Shown piece by piece: positions 18,227 to 29,077 of a stretch of 64,000 bases of DNA. The notes under the pieces were generated by a model, which searched no databases, was not told where the DNA came from, and saw only the letters and a program-made list of their open reading frames with translations. A program made the position numbers and the translations under genes. This DNA comes from a virus (Duplodnaviria; Caudoviricetes). The stretch is from positions 1 to 64,000 of the IMG/VR virus record IMGVR_UViG_3300048606_000186. One strand, 5' to 3'. Positions within the stretch are counted from its first letter, which is position 1. Every line of letters begins with the position of its first letter.

Positions 18227-21200
18227 ATGAGCGCCACCGCCCGCAAAGACATCCAGCTGATTGTCCGCGCCCGTACCGAGGGCGAGCGGCTGATCGAGTC
18301 GATGACGGCCGCGCTGGAGCAGTTCCGCGCGGCGCAGAGCGGTATGGGCGCCGACGCCGCCGCCGAGAAGGGTCGCCTCCAGCAGATGGCGGGCGCCCTG
18401 GTCGCGCTCGAAAAGGCTTACGAGGGCATCGCCGGCGCCACGGATCGGGCGGGATCCGCTTCGGATCGGCAGCGGCAGAAGATCGAAGCCACGCGCGCCG
18501 ATCTCGCTCGCGTGCGCGCGGAGATGGAACTGGCGGCGCGCCAGACCGCCGCGATTCCGACCAAGATCGTCGACGCCAAGCTCGGCGGCGGCGACACCTC
18601 GCCCCTGGTCGCCCAGCTCGCCGCCGCCAAGGCCACCTACGCATCGCTGGAGAAGGATGCGACCAGGCTAACTGGCTCGATCCGCGCGCAGCAGGCCGCG
18701 ATCGGCGAAGAGACATCGTCGCTCAATGCGCTCGGCAATGCCGCGATCGCCGCCGAGGCGAGCCTGAATTCCCTGGGCAGCAGCGATCAGCGCGACAAGA
18801 TTAAGGGTGCCGCCGAGGCCTGGGACCGGCAGGTCGCCGCCATGGAAGCGGTCGCCGGCGCAGCACGCGAGATGGGCGCTGCCGACAAGGCCATGGTGGC
18901 GCGCGCCAACGAGATTCGCGGTGTCATCGACCCGCTCGCGCATCTTCAGACCACGTACAATCGCGCGCTGAAGGAAGCCCGCGACCTGAAGCGCGCCGGC
19001 GCGCTGACCGACGCCGAACTGTCGACGCGTGAGAAGCAACTCGCCCTCGACCTCAAGAACACGACCGAGCAGCTGCAGCGCCAGGGCCGGGGCGAGCGCG
19101 GCCGGCCTAGCCTGTTCGGCCTCAAGCCCTACGAGCTGACCAACCTCGGCTACCAGGTCAACGACGTCTTCACTCAGCTCGCCAGCGGCACCTCGCTGAC
19201 CCAGACGTTGGCGCAGCAGGGCGGCCAGCTGCTCCAGCTCTTCCCGAAGGTCGGCAGCGCGATCATCGCGGCGCTGGGAAACCCACTCATCCTTGCCGCG
19301 GCGGCAGGCTTGGGACTGGTCGTGGCCGCCGTCATGCGCGTCCGGACCGAGATGGAGCGTGTCCGCCAGTTCGAAGGCGTGCTGCACGCAATGGGCGACG
19401 GCGCGGCCTACAGCGCACACGCGCTCGCCGATGCCGCCGACCAGCTCGACCGTTACGGGATGAGCGGCGAGGCGGCGATGGCCTCGATCCGCGCCTTCCT
19501 CAACGAAGGTCTCGCCCCGGGCCGGATCGTCGAGTTCGGCCGTGCCGCGCAGAACATGGCCGACGTCCTCAGCATCGAAGTGGTGGACGCAGCGCGGCAG
19601 GTCGGCGAGGGTCTGACCGGCAACTGGGAGGCGATGCAGCGACTGCAGGCGGCGACCCGGTTCCTCTCGAATGAGGAAGAAGCGCGCGTCCGCACCATGT
19701 TCGAGGAGGGCCGTGCCGCCGAAGCGCGGAGCGAAGCGGCGCGTATCTTCACGCTGCGCATGGACGATGCGGCGCGTCGTTCCCGCGGACCGTGGACCGA
19801 TGCGACGCGCGGCCTGAGCGAATCGTGGACCGGTTTTATCGATCGGCTCAGCAGCGGTTCGACGACGATCGTCACGATCAATGCGATGATCGATTCGCTT
19901 TCCAGAAGTCTTGCGGAGCTATCCGGCAGCGCCGATCGCGTTCCGCTGATGTTTGAAGCGTGGAATCAGGCCGCAAATATCGTCGACCTCGAAGCGCGCC
20001 TGCGCCGTGCGCTCTACAACGAGCGGGCGCAAAACTCAATCACAGGTGCCGGTGAGCACAGTTACAGCGATGAACTTCGTGTCCAACTGGAGACTGCCCG
20101 GCAAGAGTTAGCGAGGACCCGCGCCGCGCAGATGCAGGCTGCGGCGGGCGCACAAGGCGGCAACACGGTCACGCAGGCCGAGGAGCAGCGCCGGCGCGCT
20201 ACGGCGCTCCACGATATTCAGTTCCAGCGGGAAATCGCCGATCTCCAGCGCCAGACCCAGGAGGCGGCGCGCGATTCCGATCGGATCCGGCTGCAGGGCG
20301 AGATCGAATATCGCCTCGCGCTCAAGGAAACCAACGACCAGCAGATCGCCGCCGTGCGCCGGCGCAACGCCGAGACGGCCGAGCGGCAGCGCTCGGATGG
20401 ACAAAACAGTGGCGAGTTGATCTCGACCGCGCGGCGCTATGTCGGCCGCGACGAGAATATCGCCTCCGACCGCGGCGTGCTGCAGGAACTGTTCCGCGCG
20501 GCCGGGCAGCAGAATATCGACCCGCGTATCACCGCCTGGTGCGCGGCGTTCGTCAACGCGGTGCTGGCGACCAACGGCATTCGCGGCACCAACAGCCTCA
20601 GCGCGCGTAGTTTCGAGCGGTTCGGCACCGCGACCGATACGCCGCGCGTCGGCGATCTTGCGGTGCTGCGCGACCAGGTGCCCGGACGTGGCGGACGGCG
20701 CGACCCCAATCAGGGCCACGTCGGCTTCGTTACCGGCTTCGATCGCAACGGCAATGTCCGCATCCTCGGCGGCAACCAGGGCGGCGGGCGGCAGGTGTCC
20801 GAACAGACGTTCAACCGGCGCGAGGTCGTCTCGTTCCGGCGCGTCCCGGCGGCGGGCGGCGATGTCGATCCGGTCACGCTCGACGACCGTCGCGCCCAGG
20901 CGCAGGCCGAGCTCAACAACCAGCTCGATCTCGACATCGCCGCGCGCGGCCGCGCCGTCGATCAGGCGCGCAGGCTGCTCGGCCTCAGCGGCGAGCAACT
21001 GAATACCGAGCAACGCCGTCAGACCGTGGACGATGCCGTTCATGCGGCACAGCTGAACGCGGAACAGCGCGGCCTCGAGTTCGACGCGACCCGCAAGGCG
21101 GCGCTCGAGCAGATCGTCGGCCGCGAATATGACATCCTCCACGCCCGCGAGCAGGCGACCCGGGCGGTCGATGATGCGCAGGCCGAGCGGAGCGCGATTC

Positions 21201-22516
21201 TGGAGGGGTTGCAGCAGGCGCAGGCCAACGGCGATACGGCCCTGGTTACGGCGCTGACCGAGAACCTGCACCGCGTCGATGCCGAGGTCGAAGTCGCGAT
21301 CGCCGCGGCCATCCAGTTTTGGCGGCAATGGAACACGCCCGAATCGCGTACGGCGATCCAGGGCCTTGAGAATCTGCGCGGCGGCATCGCCCGCACCGTC
21401 GAAGAGATGCGTCGCGCGCCGCTCGACCAGCAGTCCGACCGTCTGCAAGCCATCCGCACCGGGCTTCAGGAGCAGATTCGCTTCTTCCGCGACCAGGGTC
21501 AGATGGACATCGCCGAGCAACTGCGCGGGCAGCTCGCGCAGATCGACGGAGCGCTGGTCCAGACGATCGACAGCCTGATCGAGATGTGGGCCGTTTCATC
21601 TCGCCCCGAGGCGGCGCAGACGCTGCTGAACCTGCAGAACCTCCGCAACCAAGTCGTCACCACCGGCCAGGAATTCCGGATCACCGCGGGCGAGATCCAG
21701 CAGGCTTTTGCCGGCGACCTGACCAACGCGATCACGCAGTGGGCCCAGGCGATCGGAGAAGGCGGCAACGTGCTTCGCGCCACCCGCGACGCGGCGATGA
21801 GCTTCGCCAGCGATTTCCTCCGCTCGCTCGCCCAGATGCTGCTCCAGGCCTGGGCGCTGAAGCTGGCGATGAAGATCGGCTTCGGCAAGGTCGCCGACGG
21901 CGCCAACAGCCTGTTCAACGCCGCGCCGCTGATCGCGGCGGGCGGCACGCTCAATGTTGCCGGTGCCACTCTCAATCTCGCGGGCGGCACGCTGACCGCA
22001 GCCGGCGTGATGTGGACCGCTACCGCCGGCGCGATCATGACCGCCGCGATGATGCTGATGGCGGCCAACGCCATGAACGGCGGAGGCGGAGGCGGCGGTG
22101 GTGAAACCGGCTCCGGCAAGGGCATTTTCGGCAGCTTCCTGGGCAGCCTGTTCCAGAGCGTCGGTCCCGGCCTGTTCCACTCGGGCGGCATCGCGGGGCA
22201 GGCGACGCAGACACGCGACGTCTGGGCCGGTGTCTTCGCCAACGCGCAACGCTACCATGGCGGCGGCATCGCGGGGCTCAGGCCGCGCGAGGTGCCTGCG
22301 GTGCTCATGGAAGGTGAGGAGATCCTTGCCCGGTCGAGCCCGCGCCACATCATGAACGGCGGCGGTGGGGGAGCGCCCAACATCGATCTCGCGATCTACA
22401 ACGGCATCGATCCCGCCGAGATGGTCGCCAAGGGCCTGGGAAGTCGGTCGGGGCAGATCGCGGTGATGAACGTGATCCGCGCCAATGCTGGCCCGGTCAA
22501 GGCGCTGCTGTCGTGA
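18227..22516 (+). CDS. Tape measure protein with internal NlpC/P60-CHAP-like (TIGR02594-type) domain
   Basis: 'NLGYQVNDVFTQLASG...QQGGQL', helical body, 'AWCAAFVN...GHVGF...LGGNQ', C-terminal 'YHGGG'. Confidence 0.92.
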   Translation: MSATARKDIQLIVRARTEGERLIESMTAALEQFRAAQSGMGADAAAEKGRLQQMAGALVALEKAYEGIAGATDRAGSASDRQRQKIEATRADLARVRAEMELAARQTAAIPTKIVDAKLGGGDTSPLVAQLAAAKATYASLEKDATRLTGSIRAQQAAIGEETSSLNALGNAAIAAEASLNSLGSSDQRDKIKGAAEAWDRQVAAMEAVAGAAREMGAADKAMVARANEIRGVIDPLAHLQTTYNRALKEARDLKRAGALTDAELSTREKQLALDLKNTTEQLQRQGRGERGRPSLFGLKPYELTNLGYQVNDVFTQLASGTSLTQTLAQQGGQLLQLFPKVGSAIIAALGNPLILAAAAGLGLVVAAVMRVRTEMERVRQFEGVLHAMGDGAAYSAHALADAADQLDRYGMSGEAAMASIRAFLNEGLAPGRIVEFGRAAQNMADVLSIEVVDAARQVGEGLTGNWEAMQRLQAATRFLSNEEEARVRTMFEEGRAAEARSEAARIFTLRMDDAARRSRGPWTDATRGLSESWTGFIDRLSSGSTTIVTINAMIDSLSRSLAELSGSADRVPLMFEAWNQAANIVDLEARLRRALYNERAQNSITGAGEHSYSDELRVQLETARQELARTRAAQMQAAAGAQGGNTVTQAEEQRRRATALHDIQFQREIADLQRQTQEAARDSDRIRLQGEIEYRLALKETNDQQIAAVRRRNAETAERQRSDGQNSGELISTARRYVGRDENIASDRGVLQELFRAAGQQNIDPRITAWCAAFVNAVLATNGIRGTNSLSARSFERFGTATDTPRVGDLAVLRDQVPGRGGRRDPNQGHVGFVTGFDRNGNVRILGGNQGGGRQVSEQTFNRREVVSFRRVPAAGGDVDPVTLDDRRAQAQAELNNQLDLDIAARGRAVDQARRLLGLSGEQLNTEQRRQTVDDAVHAAQLNAEQRGLEFDATRKAALEQIVGREYDILHAREQATRAVDDAQAERSAILEGLQQAQANGDTALVTALTENLHRVDAEVEVAIAAAIQFWRQWNTPESRTAIQGLENLRGGIARTVEEMRRAPLDQQSDRLQAIRTGLQEQIRFFRDQGQMDIAEQLRGQLAQIDGALVQTIDSLIEMWAVSSRPEAAQTLLNLQNLRNQVVTTGQEFRITAGEIQQAFAGDLTNAITQWAQAIGEGGNVLRATRDAAMSFASDFLRSLAQMLLQAWALKLAMKIGFGKVADGANSLFNAAPLIAAGGTLNVAGATLNLAGGTLTAAGVMWTATAGAIMTAAMMLMAANAMNGGGGGGGGETGSGKGIFGSFLGSLFQSVGPGLFHSGGIAGQATQTRDVWAGVFANAQRYHGGGIAGLRPREVPAVLMEGEEILARSSPRHIMNGGGGGAPNIDLAIYNGIDPAEMVAKGLGSRSGQIAVMNVIRANAGPVKALLS

Positions 22517-22550
22517 GCAGGCGGCACTCCATATTTGGCGAGGCCGCCCG

Positions 22551-23837
22551 ATGAGCGATGTCCGTCTCCTCTGGCCGTTCGCGGTCAACTGGGCGGCGCC
22601 GGTGCGCGTCACCTATCAGTATAAAACCGACATCTTCGTCAACCGCGCTGGCGGCGAACAGCGCCGCGCGCTGCGGGCCGAGGCCCGGCGCACCTTCGCT
22701 TTTCGCGTTCTGCTCGACGGCGAACGTTTCCCTCTGTTCAACCGCCTGATGACAATCGGCCAGAACGAGGCCTTTGTCGTGCCGGATGTCACGCGCCGCG
22801 CGGTTACTGCCGCAACCAGTGCGATTGATGCGGACCTCCTGGAATTGACGTTCGACGCGCCAGACTGGATTGAGGCGGGCGCCGAAATCGTCCTCGACCA
22901 TCCGCCTACCGGAGCGCGGACCATTGCCCTGGTCGAATCGGTCGATGGCGACGAAGTGACGTTCGGCGACGAGATTGGCGACTGGCCGGCAGGGACCGCG
23001 CTGCATCCGGCCCTGACCGGGCAGATCGCCGCCGATCTCAAGGCATCTCGGGCAACCAACGCCACCGCGTCGACCGAGATCAGCTTCGAAGTCGAGCCTG
23101 GATCGGAGCAGCTCGACTGCGCCGCGCCCGCCACCACGCTTGGCGGGATCGAAATCATGAATCTCCCCATCAACTGGGCGCGGGGCCTCGACACCGCCTT
23201 CGTTTGGCCGGTGGAGCAAGTGGACTTCGGCTTCGGTCGCACCACGCTCCACCGGCCTGTCGATTTCTCCGCGCGGACTCGCGGCGCGACAATCCTTGCC
23301 GCCAGCCCCGCCGAGGCGGAGGCGGCGGTCGCTTTCTTCCTGCGGCAGCGCGGCCGCCGTGGGACCTTCTGGCTGTCGACGCTTGAGAACGATCTGCCGC
23401 CCGTGTCGCCGCTCGCCGCCGATTCAGCGACGCTGACGGTCACCGGCGAAGCGACTGCCGAGGCCTATGGCAATTCGCCGGCGCACAAGGCCGTCGCGCT
23501 TCACTTGGCTGACGGACGAACGATCTATCGCCCTGTCGCCAGCCTCGCCGTCTCGGGGGGCGATAGCCTGCTCACCGTGACCGCTAACTGGGGTGAAGCG
23601 ATACCCGTTGCTCAGGTTCGCGCCTGCTCCTGGCTGATGAAGGCGAGATTCGGGTCCGACGATCTCGTTGTCGAATGGCTGACCAACGAAGTCGCGCAGA
23701 TGCAGTTCTCGACAATGACGCTCCCCGCCGGCGACCCGACCGACTGGATGGCGTTGCGCGCGACAGTCGAAGGCGACGACCGGATCACGCTCGCCGGCGA
23801 TGAGCGGGCCGTGCTCGTCTTCGGAGGCCCGGCATGA
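22551..23837 (+). CDS. Distal tail / baseplate protein
   Basis: Two similar halves ('NWAAPVRVTYQYKT', 'NWARGLDTAF'); follows the TMP. Confidence 0.65.
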   Translation: MSDVRLLWPFAVNWAAPVRVTYQYKTDIFVNRAGGEQRRALRAEARRTFAFRVLLDGERFPLFNRLMTIGQNEAFVVPDVTRRAVTAATSAIDADLLELTFDAPDWIEAGAEIVLDHPPTGARTIALVESVDGDEVTFGDEIGDWPAGTALHPALTGQIAADLKASRATNATASTEISFEVEPGSEQLDCAAPATTLGGIEIMNLPINWARGLDTAFVWPVEQVDFGFGRTTLHRPVDFSARTRGATILAASPAEAEAAVAFFLRQRGRRGTFWLSTLENDLPPVSPLAADSATLTVTGEATAEAYGNSPAHKAVALHLADGRTIYRPVASLAVSGGDSLLTVTANWGEAIPVAQVRACSWLMKARFGSDDLVVEWLTNEVAQMQFSTMTLPAGDPTDWMALRATVEGDDRITLAGDERAVLVFGGPA

Positions 23838-26800
23838 CCCAGAAAACGATCGGCGGCCTTGGCGCGATCACGCCCGACTCGGCAACACTGCTCGAGGGCG
23901 AGAAGGGTGGCGTCAGCGGCAAGTTCACCGCCGAGGCACTCGCAGCCGCGCTGTTCCCGAGCGGACTGCCCGACATCGGCCCGCTCGGCATCGACATCAC
24001 CGCCCTGGAGGAAGGGCTCGCCCTCCTCGTCGAAACCTACGGCACGACCTTGTCGGCGGCCGATTATGCCGACGCGGCGGAAACCGCGCGCGGGGCGGCT
24101 GTTTACGCCAGGGGTCAGGCAGAAACGCTCGCCTCGTCGGCCATGACCTATCGTGACGCGGCCGAAGCGGCGGCGCAGGACGCGATCGACCAAATCAATT
24201 TCCTCGGCGACGACGGACTGATCAGCCGAATCGAGAAGATCGCGGTCCTGCTCCCGCAGAACACCCGGCTTGCCGCCAATTACGACCGCCTCTCAGACCT
24301 CGCGGTCGCGTTCGGCGTGGTCACCGAGCTCGATACCGCCGACACCGCATGGGCGGCATGGGAAGTGTTTCGCGACACCGCCATCATCCCCGACTGGGAC
24401 GACGACACCACCGCCAGCGCTGTCGTGCGCGACAATCTGCGTGATGTACTCCAAGACCTGGACGACGCTCTCGATGCGTTGAGCGACGCGATTCACGAAG
24501 CCGAGGTCGTGCTGCTCGCCGGCCTCAACAGCGCGCTCGCCTATGTTTTCAAGCGCTCGGCTTCGGCGCCGACACTGCCGAGCGCGACAGTGACCTACAC
24601 CTTCGCGACCGGCGGGACGACCGGGCTCAACAACGGCTGGACCGCATCGGTGCCGGCGCCGGACGGCAACCCGCTCTATGTCAGCGTCGCCGTCGCGAGC
24701 GGCACCGGCGCGACCGACACCATCGCAAGCGGAGAATGGGCGAGCGCCGTCATCATGGCCCAGGACGGTGCGACTGGCTCGACCGGTTCGACCGGCGCGG
24801 CCGGCAGCAGCGCGGCGACGGTCTTCCTCTACCAACGCGCAGCGTCCGCGCCCTCGGTGCCCGGGTCAACGACCACGTATACCTTCGCAACCGGCGTGCT
24901 GAGCGGCACGCTTGGCAGCTGGTCCCAATCGGTGCCAAGCGGTTCGAATCCGCTCTACGTTACGACGGCGGCGGCGCTTGGCACCGGATCGACCGACACG
25001 ATCGCGACCGGCGAGTGGGCGACGCCCTCGATCCTCGCCCAGGACGGGGCTACCGGTGCGACTGGATCAACAGGCGCCACGGGTGCCGCTGGCCTCAACA
25101 ACGCGCTGGTCTACATCTTCCAGCGTTCTGTCTCTACACCAAGCCTGCCCAGCGCGACCACAACGTACACGTTCGCGACCGGGGTCCTTACCGGACTCAA
25201 TAACGGATGGACACAGGCCGTGCCCGCTGGATCGAATCCGCTCTATGTGAGCGTCGCAACGGCCAGTGCGAACACCAGCACCGACACGATCGGCTCCGGT
25301 GAGTGGGTCACGGCTGCGGTCATGGCCCAAGATGGCGCAACCGGGGCCACCGGCTCGACGGGTGCTGCGGGAAACAGCGTCGCCACCGTCTACCTCTACA
25401 AGCGTTCCGTCTCGGCCCCGTCGGTCCCGGCCGGAACGCTGACCTTCACGTTCGCCACGGGCGTCCTCGCCAGCATCACCGGCGCCTGGACGCAATCGAT
25501 CCCAGGAGGATCGGACCCGCTTTACGTGACAACGGCGACGGCGCTCGGTTCGGGCGCCACCGATACCATCGCGACCGGAGAATGGGCGACACCCACGATC
25601 ATGGCGCAGGATGGGGCCACCGGCTCGACCGGCTCGACCGGCAGCACGGGCGCAACCGGGCTCAGCAACGCTTTGGTCATGGTATTCCAGCGCGCATCGA
25701 GCACCCCCTCGCTGCCCTCCGCGACGACGACCTATACATTCGCGACGGGCGCCCTGACGGGGCTCAACAATGGCTGGACTCAGGCGGTGCCGGCGGTCAA
25801 CGGCAACCCGCTCTACGTCACCGTCGCAACCGCAAGTTCAAACACGGCCACCGACACTATCGCATCCGGTGAGTGGGCGAGCGCCGTCATTCAGGTCCAG
25901 GACGGCGCGACCGGATCGACCGGCAGCACCGGATCCACGGGCGCCGCCGGAGCCAACGTGGCGACCGTCTATCTCTTCATTCGGTCCGCGTCCGCTCCTT
26001 CGGTGCCAGCCGGCACCCTCACCTATACCTTCTCGACCGGCGTGCTCGCGAGCATCACCGGCGGTTGGACGCAGACTGTACCGGCTGGGTCGAACCCGCT
26101 TTACGTTTCAACCGCGACGGCCTTCGGGACCGGATCGACCGATACGATTCTGACGTCCGAATGGGCGACACCCACGATCATGGCGCAGGACGGGGCTACC
26201 GGTGCCACCGGCTCGACCGGCTCGACTGGCTCGACCGGTGCCGCTGGCAGCAACAACGCCGTCGTGCTGCTCTACAAGCGCGGCACCTCGGCGCCGACAC
26301 TGCCGAGTGGCAGCGCCGCGACATTTACCTTTGCCACTGGGGCCGTGTCTGGTGGCACGCTGAACGGATGGACGACCGCGATCCCCGCCGCCGATGGGAA
26401 TCCGCTGTGGGTCACCGCGCAGGCGGTCAGCTCCACCGGATCGACGGCCTCGCTTCCGATCGCGAGCTGGGCCGCGGCCGTCATCATGGAGGGTGCCGGG
26501 CTCAACACCGCGACCGTGGCGCTCTTTCAGCGGGCCACGACCAACTCGGCCCCAGCCGTTCCCTCCGGCACGCTGACTTACACCTTCTCGACCGGCGTGC
26601 TCGCGAGCATCACCGGCGGGTGGGCCCAAGCCGATCCGGGGCCGACCGCCGGCGCCTGGCTGTTCGTCACACAGGCGCTTGCGCTCAGCACCGGCACGAC
26701 GGACACGATCGCGACCGGAGAATGGTCGACGCCAAGGCTGACGTCTCGCGTATCGATCGACCGACAGATCCTGGGCTTCGATGAAAAACGGCCGCTCCTG

Positions 26801-28348
26801 GTCGATCTCGCGAACCTCGGCGCCCGTTACACGCTCCTGGTCGCCAGAGCGACGGCGTTGGGGCTCAGCACGACCGCGACGACGACCGCCCGAACCGAAT
26901 ATCTCACCTATCTCGGGGCGCTCTCCCCGGTCTATGATGACGTCGTTCAGGACACGCGCCTGGCAACCACGGCGCTGACGGCGGGCACCTATCCAACCGG
27001 ATGGACCGATGTCGGCTTCACCCCTGCCGCGTCCGGCATCTATTACACGCTGACGGACAATGATGCTGGCGCCCACGAATATACACTTCAGTATTTCAAT
27101 ACCACCGCCAGCCAGACCTATACCGCCGCCGTGGTGGTCAAGAAGGACGCGGTTGCGGCAACGACGCGCGTGGCCGGCCTCCGCTTCATCAATGGAAATG
27201 GCACCTCGCGCTACGCTGATTTCACCTTCGACACTTCGAACGGCACCGTCTACATTATCGGGCCGCAGCATTCCGCCTACGGCTGCGTATCGCTGAACGA
27301 CACCGAGTGGTTGATCTGGGTCTCGGTGCTGCTGAACGCCGACAACACACAGTTCATTATGCAGATATTCCCGGCATACGGGACCAATGCGGGCAGTGCT
27401 GTCTCCGCTCAGGGATCGATCGACATTCGCGATCCGATCGTCGTCCTGGGCAATTCCGACAAGCTCGGCCGGGACGCGCTGAACTATCGCCGCAAAAACT
27501 ACGAAGCCGCCCTCGAAACTTTGGCTAAGTCGATCAGTGAAGGGGACGTGGTCGCGGGCAGCGCTGCGCTAACCGGACTCGGCGAAATCATCATTCGCTA
27601 CGACAGCACCGGGGCGGCCCAGACCGGAGAATTGACCCGGTCCGAAATCTACCGGCTGCTGAAGGGCGGCACGGCTGTGACCACCGGCCTTACCTGGTCC
27701 TACACGGTCATCTCGGGGACGGTAAACGGGTTCACCAGCGCATCCGGAGCTCAGACAATCAGCGGTTCGGGCAGCGCGATCTTTGCCGTCGCCACGTTGG
27801 CGACGGCCGAGGCCGTGGTGCAGATCAAGGTGGTCGATGCCAGCGGCGTGACCTATGCCAAGACGGTCAGGGTCGCGCGCTTGACGTCCGATGCGCCAAC
27901 CAGTGGCAGTACCGGCGGTGGCACGGCGGCGAGCGCCAGTTCTTTCTCGAGCTTCACCGCATCCACCATGGCTTCGGTCATGGCGACGCCGACCGAGTTC
28001 GTGGTCACGGTCGGAGGTACATCGGTCGCTCTCACCGCCTCGCTGAGCGTCATGCACAACGGCTCCTCGGCGACCGTCTCCGAATCATATGCGATCTTCC
28101 AGTGGTGGAACGGGGCGGCGTGGGCCGACGTCGGCACCGAAACCGCTTCCAACCCCGATGCCACGCGCGTCCAGTTGTTCGAGCCGACCACATGGGCGAA
28201 CGAAACCTACGGTCAAATCAACATCAGCACTTCGAAGACGGGCCTCACGGCGGCTACCTCCAATCGTTTCCGCTTGATGATGCGGCGCGCTTCGGGCGCG
28301 GTCGCGGCCACTTACTCACCGACCGGGACAGCGGGGGCGCAGGGATGA
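23834..28348 (+). CDS. Long tail fibre / receptor-binding protein with 8 tandem ~95-aa modules
   Basis: Repeats 'YxFxRSxSxPxxPxxTxTYTFxTG..W...P...NPLYV...TDTIxxGEW' joined by GATGSTG linkers. Confidence 0.8.
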   Translation: MTQKTIGGLGAITPDSATLLEGEKGGVSGKFTAEALAAALFPSGLPDIGPLGIDITALEEGLALLVETYGTTLSAADYADAAETARGAAVYARGQAETLASSAMTYRDAAEAAAQDAIDQINFLGDDGLISRIEKIAVLLPQNTRLAANYDRLSDLAVAFGVVTELDTADTAWAAWEVFRDTAIIPDWDDDTTASAVVRDNLRDVLQDLDDALDALSDAIHEAEVVLLAGLNSALAYVFKRSASAPTLPSATVTYTFATGGTTGLNNGWTASVPAPDGNPLYVSVAVASGTGATDTIASGEWASAVIMAQDGATGSTGSTGAAGSSAATVFLYQRAASAPSVPGSTTTYTFATGVLSGTLGSWSQSVPSGSNPLYVTTAAALGTGSTDTIATGEWATPSILAQDGATGATGSTGATGAAGLNNALVYIFQRSVSTPSLPSATTTYTFATGVLTGLNNGWTQAVPAGSNPLYVSVATASANTSTDTIGSGEWVTAAVMAQDGATGATGSTGAAGNSVATVYLYKRSVSAPSVPAGTLTFTFATGVLASITGAWTQSIPGGSDPLYVTTATALGSGATDTIATGEWATPTIMAQDGATGSTGSTGSTGATGLSNALVMVFQRASSTPSLPSATTTYTFATGALTGLNNGWTQAVPAVNGNPLYVTVATASSNTATDTIASGEWASAVIQVQDGATGSTGSTGSTGAAGANVATVYLFIRSASAPSVPAGTLTYTFSTGVLASITGGWTQTVPAGSNPLYVSTATAFGTGSTDTILTSEWATPTIMAQDGATGATGSTGSTGSTGAAGSNNAVVLLYKRGTSAPTLPSGSAATFTFATGAVSGGTLNGWTTAIPAADGNPLWVTAQAVSSTGSTASLPIASWAAAVIMEGAGLNTATVALFQRATTNSAPAVPSGTLTYTFSTGVLASITGGWAQADPGPTAGAWLFVTQALALSTGTTDTIATGEWSTPRLTSRVSIDRQILGFDEKRPLLVDLANLGARYTLLVARATALGLSTTATTTARTEYLTYLGALSPVYDDVVQDTRLATTALTAGTYPTGWTDVGFTPAASGIYYTLTDNDAGAHEYTLQYFNTTASQTYTAAVVVKKDAVAATTRVAGLRFINGNGTSRYADFTFDTSNGTVYIIGPQHSAYGCVSLNDTEWLIWVSVLLNADNTQFIMQIFPAYGTNAGSAVSAQGSIDIRDPIVVLGNSDKLGRDALNYRRKNYEAALETLAKSISEGDVVAGSAALTGLGEIIIRYDSTGAAQTGELTRSEIYRLLKGGTAVTTGLTWSYTVISGTVNGFTSASGAQTISGSGSAIFAVATLATAEAVVQIKVVDASGVTYAKTVRVARLTSDAPTSGSTGGGTAASASSFSSFTASTMASVMATPTEFVVTVGGTSVALTASLSVMHNGSSATVSESYAIFQWWNGAAWADVGTETASNPDATRVQLFEPTTWANETYGQINISTSKTGLTAATSNRFRLMMRRASGAVAATYSPTGTAGAQG
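24520..26740 (+). repeat. Eight coding tandem repeats (~280 bp each), alternating A/B types
   Basis: Visible in the translation; boundaries are approximate. Confidence 0.85.
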
Positions 28349-28674
28349 GTCGGGCCGAGGAGCGTGCACGGGAGCAGTGGTTCAAGGATGCCGATCAGGT
28401 GCGGTTTGTGCCTGTCGGGCGCCTGCCCGAGGAGGTGGGCGTCGATACGCGAATGGCGGTCGAGTTGCCGCGCGAGCCTCTGTTTGGCGAGAGGGCGTTG
28501 GGGAGCGGACGATTGTTCATGCACTCCGACGTTCGCGCGCAACGCTTCGCCGATGCCAGTCGCCGTAGCGGAAACTGGCACGCGGAAATCGAGCGGAGAC
28601 TGGCCACGCTGGAGCGGCTTTTCGCTGCGGCCGGCGATCAGGAAACGGCGGCACCAACGAATGAAGGAGACTGA
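28345..28674 (+). CDS. Hypothetical protein
   Basis: ATGA overlap with the fibre stop; RBS-coupled to the next gene. Confidence 0.55.
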   Translation: MSRAEERAREQWFKDADQVRFVPVGRLPEEVGVDTRMAVELPREPLFGERALGSGRLFMHSDVRAQRFADASRRSGNWHAEIERRLATLERLFAAAGDQETAAPTNEGD

Positions 28675-28676
28675 GC

Positions 28677-28997
28677 ATGGCGAAGATAATCAAGCAGCGG
28701 GCAACGCTCGACGAGCTGGCCCGCGGCCTGAATGCGGCGGCCCGCGACTATGCTGGGCGTGAGTTCCGCCATTATGGCGGCGGTGTCTATCGCGTGATCG
28801 ATGTCGCGCTCGACAGCGAGACGCTCCGCCTCGTCGTCTTCTACGAGAGCATCCCGCTGGTGACCGATGACAGCCAGCGCGCGCCGGTCCGCTTCACCTG
28901 CCCGCTGCGGCGCTTCAATGCCCTGGTCGCCGATCCGAAGGATGCCACGAAGCGCTGCCCTCGTTTCGTCGTCGCGGCGGGGAGCAGGCGCCGTTGA
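28677..28997 (+). CDS. DUF1653-like protein
   Basis: 'FRHYGGGVYRVIDVALDSETLRLVVFYE' matches the DUF1653 pattern. Confidence 0.65.
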   Translation: MAKIIKQRATLDELARGLNAAARDYAGREFRHYGGGVYRVIDVALDSETLRLVVFYESIPLVTDDSQRAPVRFTCPLRRFNALVADPKDATKRCPRFVVAAGSRRR

Positions 28998-29030
28998 CCC
29001 GGCTTGCCAACCGAACGAATCGCGCGTAGG

Positions 29031-29047
29031 CTCATGTTTAACATGAA
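29031..29047. promoter_or_regulatory. Near-perfect palindromic operator
   Basis: CTCATGT-TTA-ACATGAA in the intergenic gap. Confidence 0.6.
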
Positions 29048-29077
29048 ATACATGCCACCTTCCAAAGGCACGGCCCG

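Noticed and set aside
23834-28348. Diversity-generating retroelement acting on the fibre repeats
   Set aside because: No reverse transcriptase, and the repeats differ at all bases rather than only at adenines
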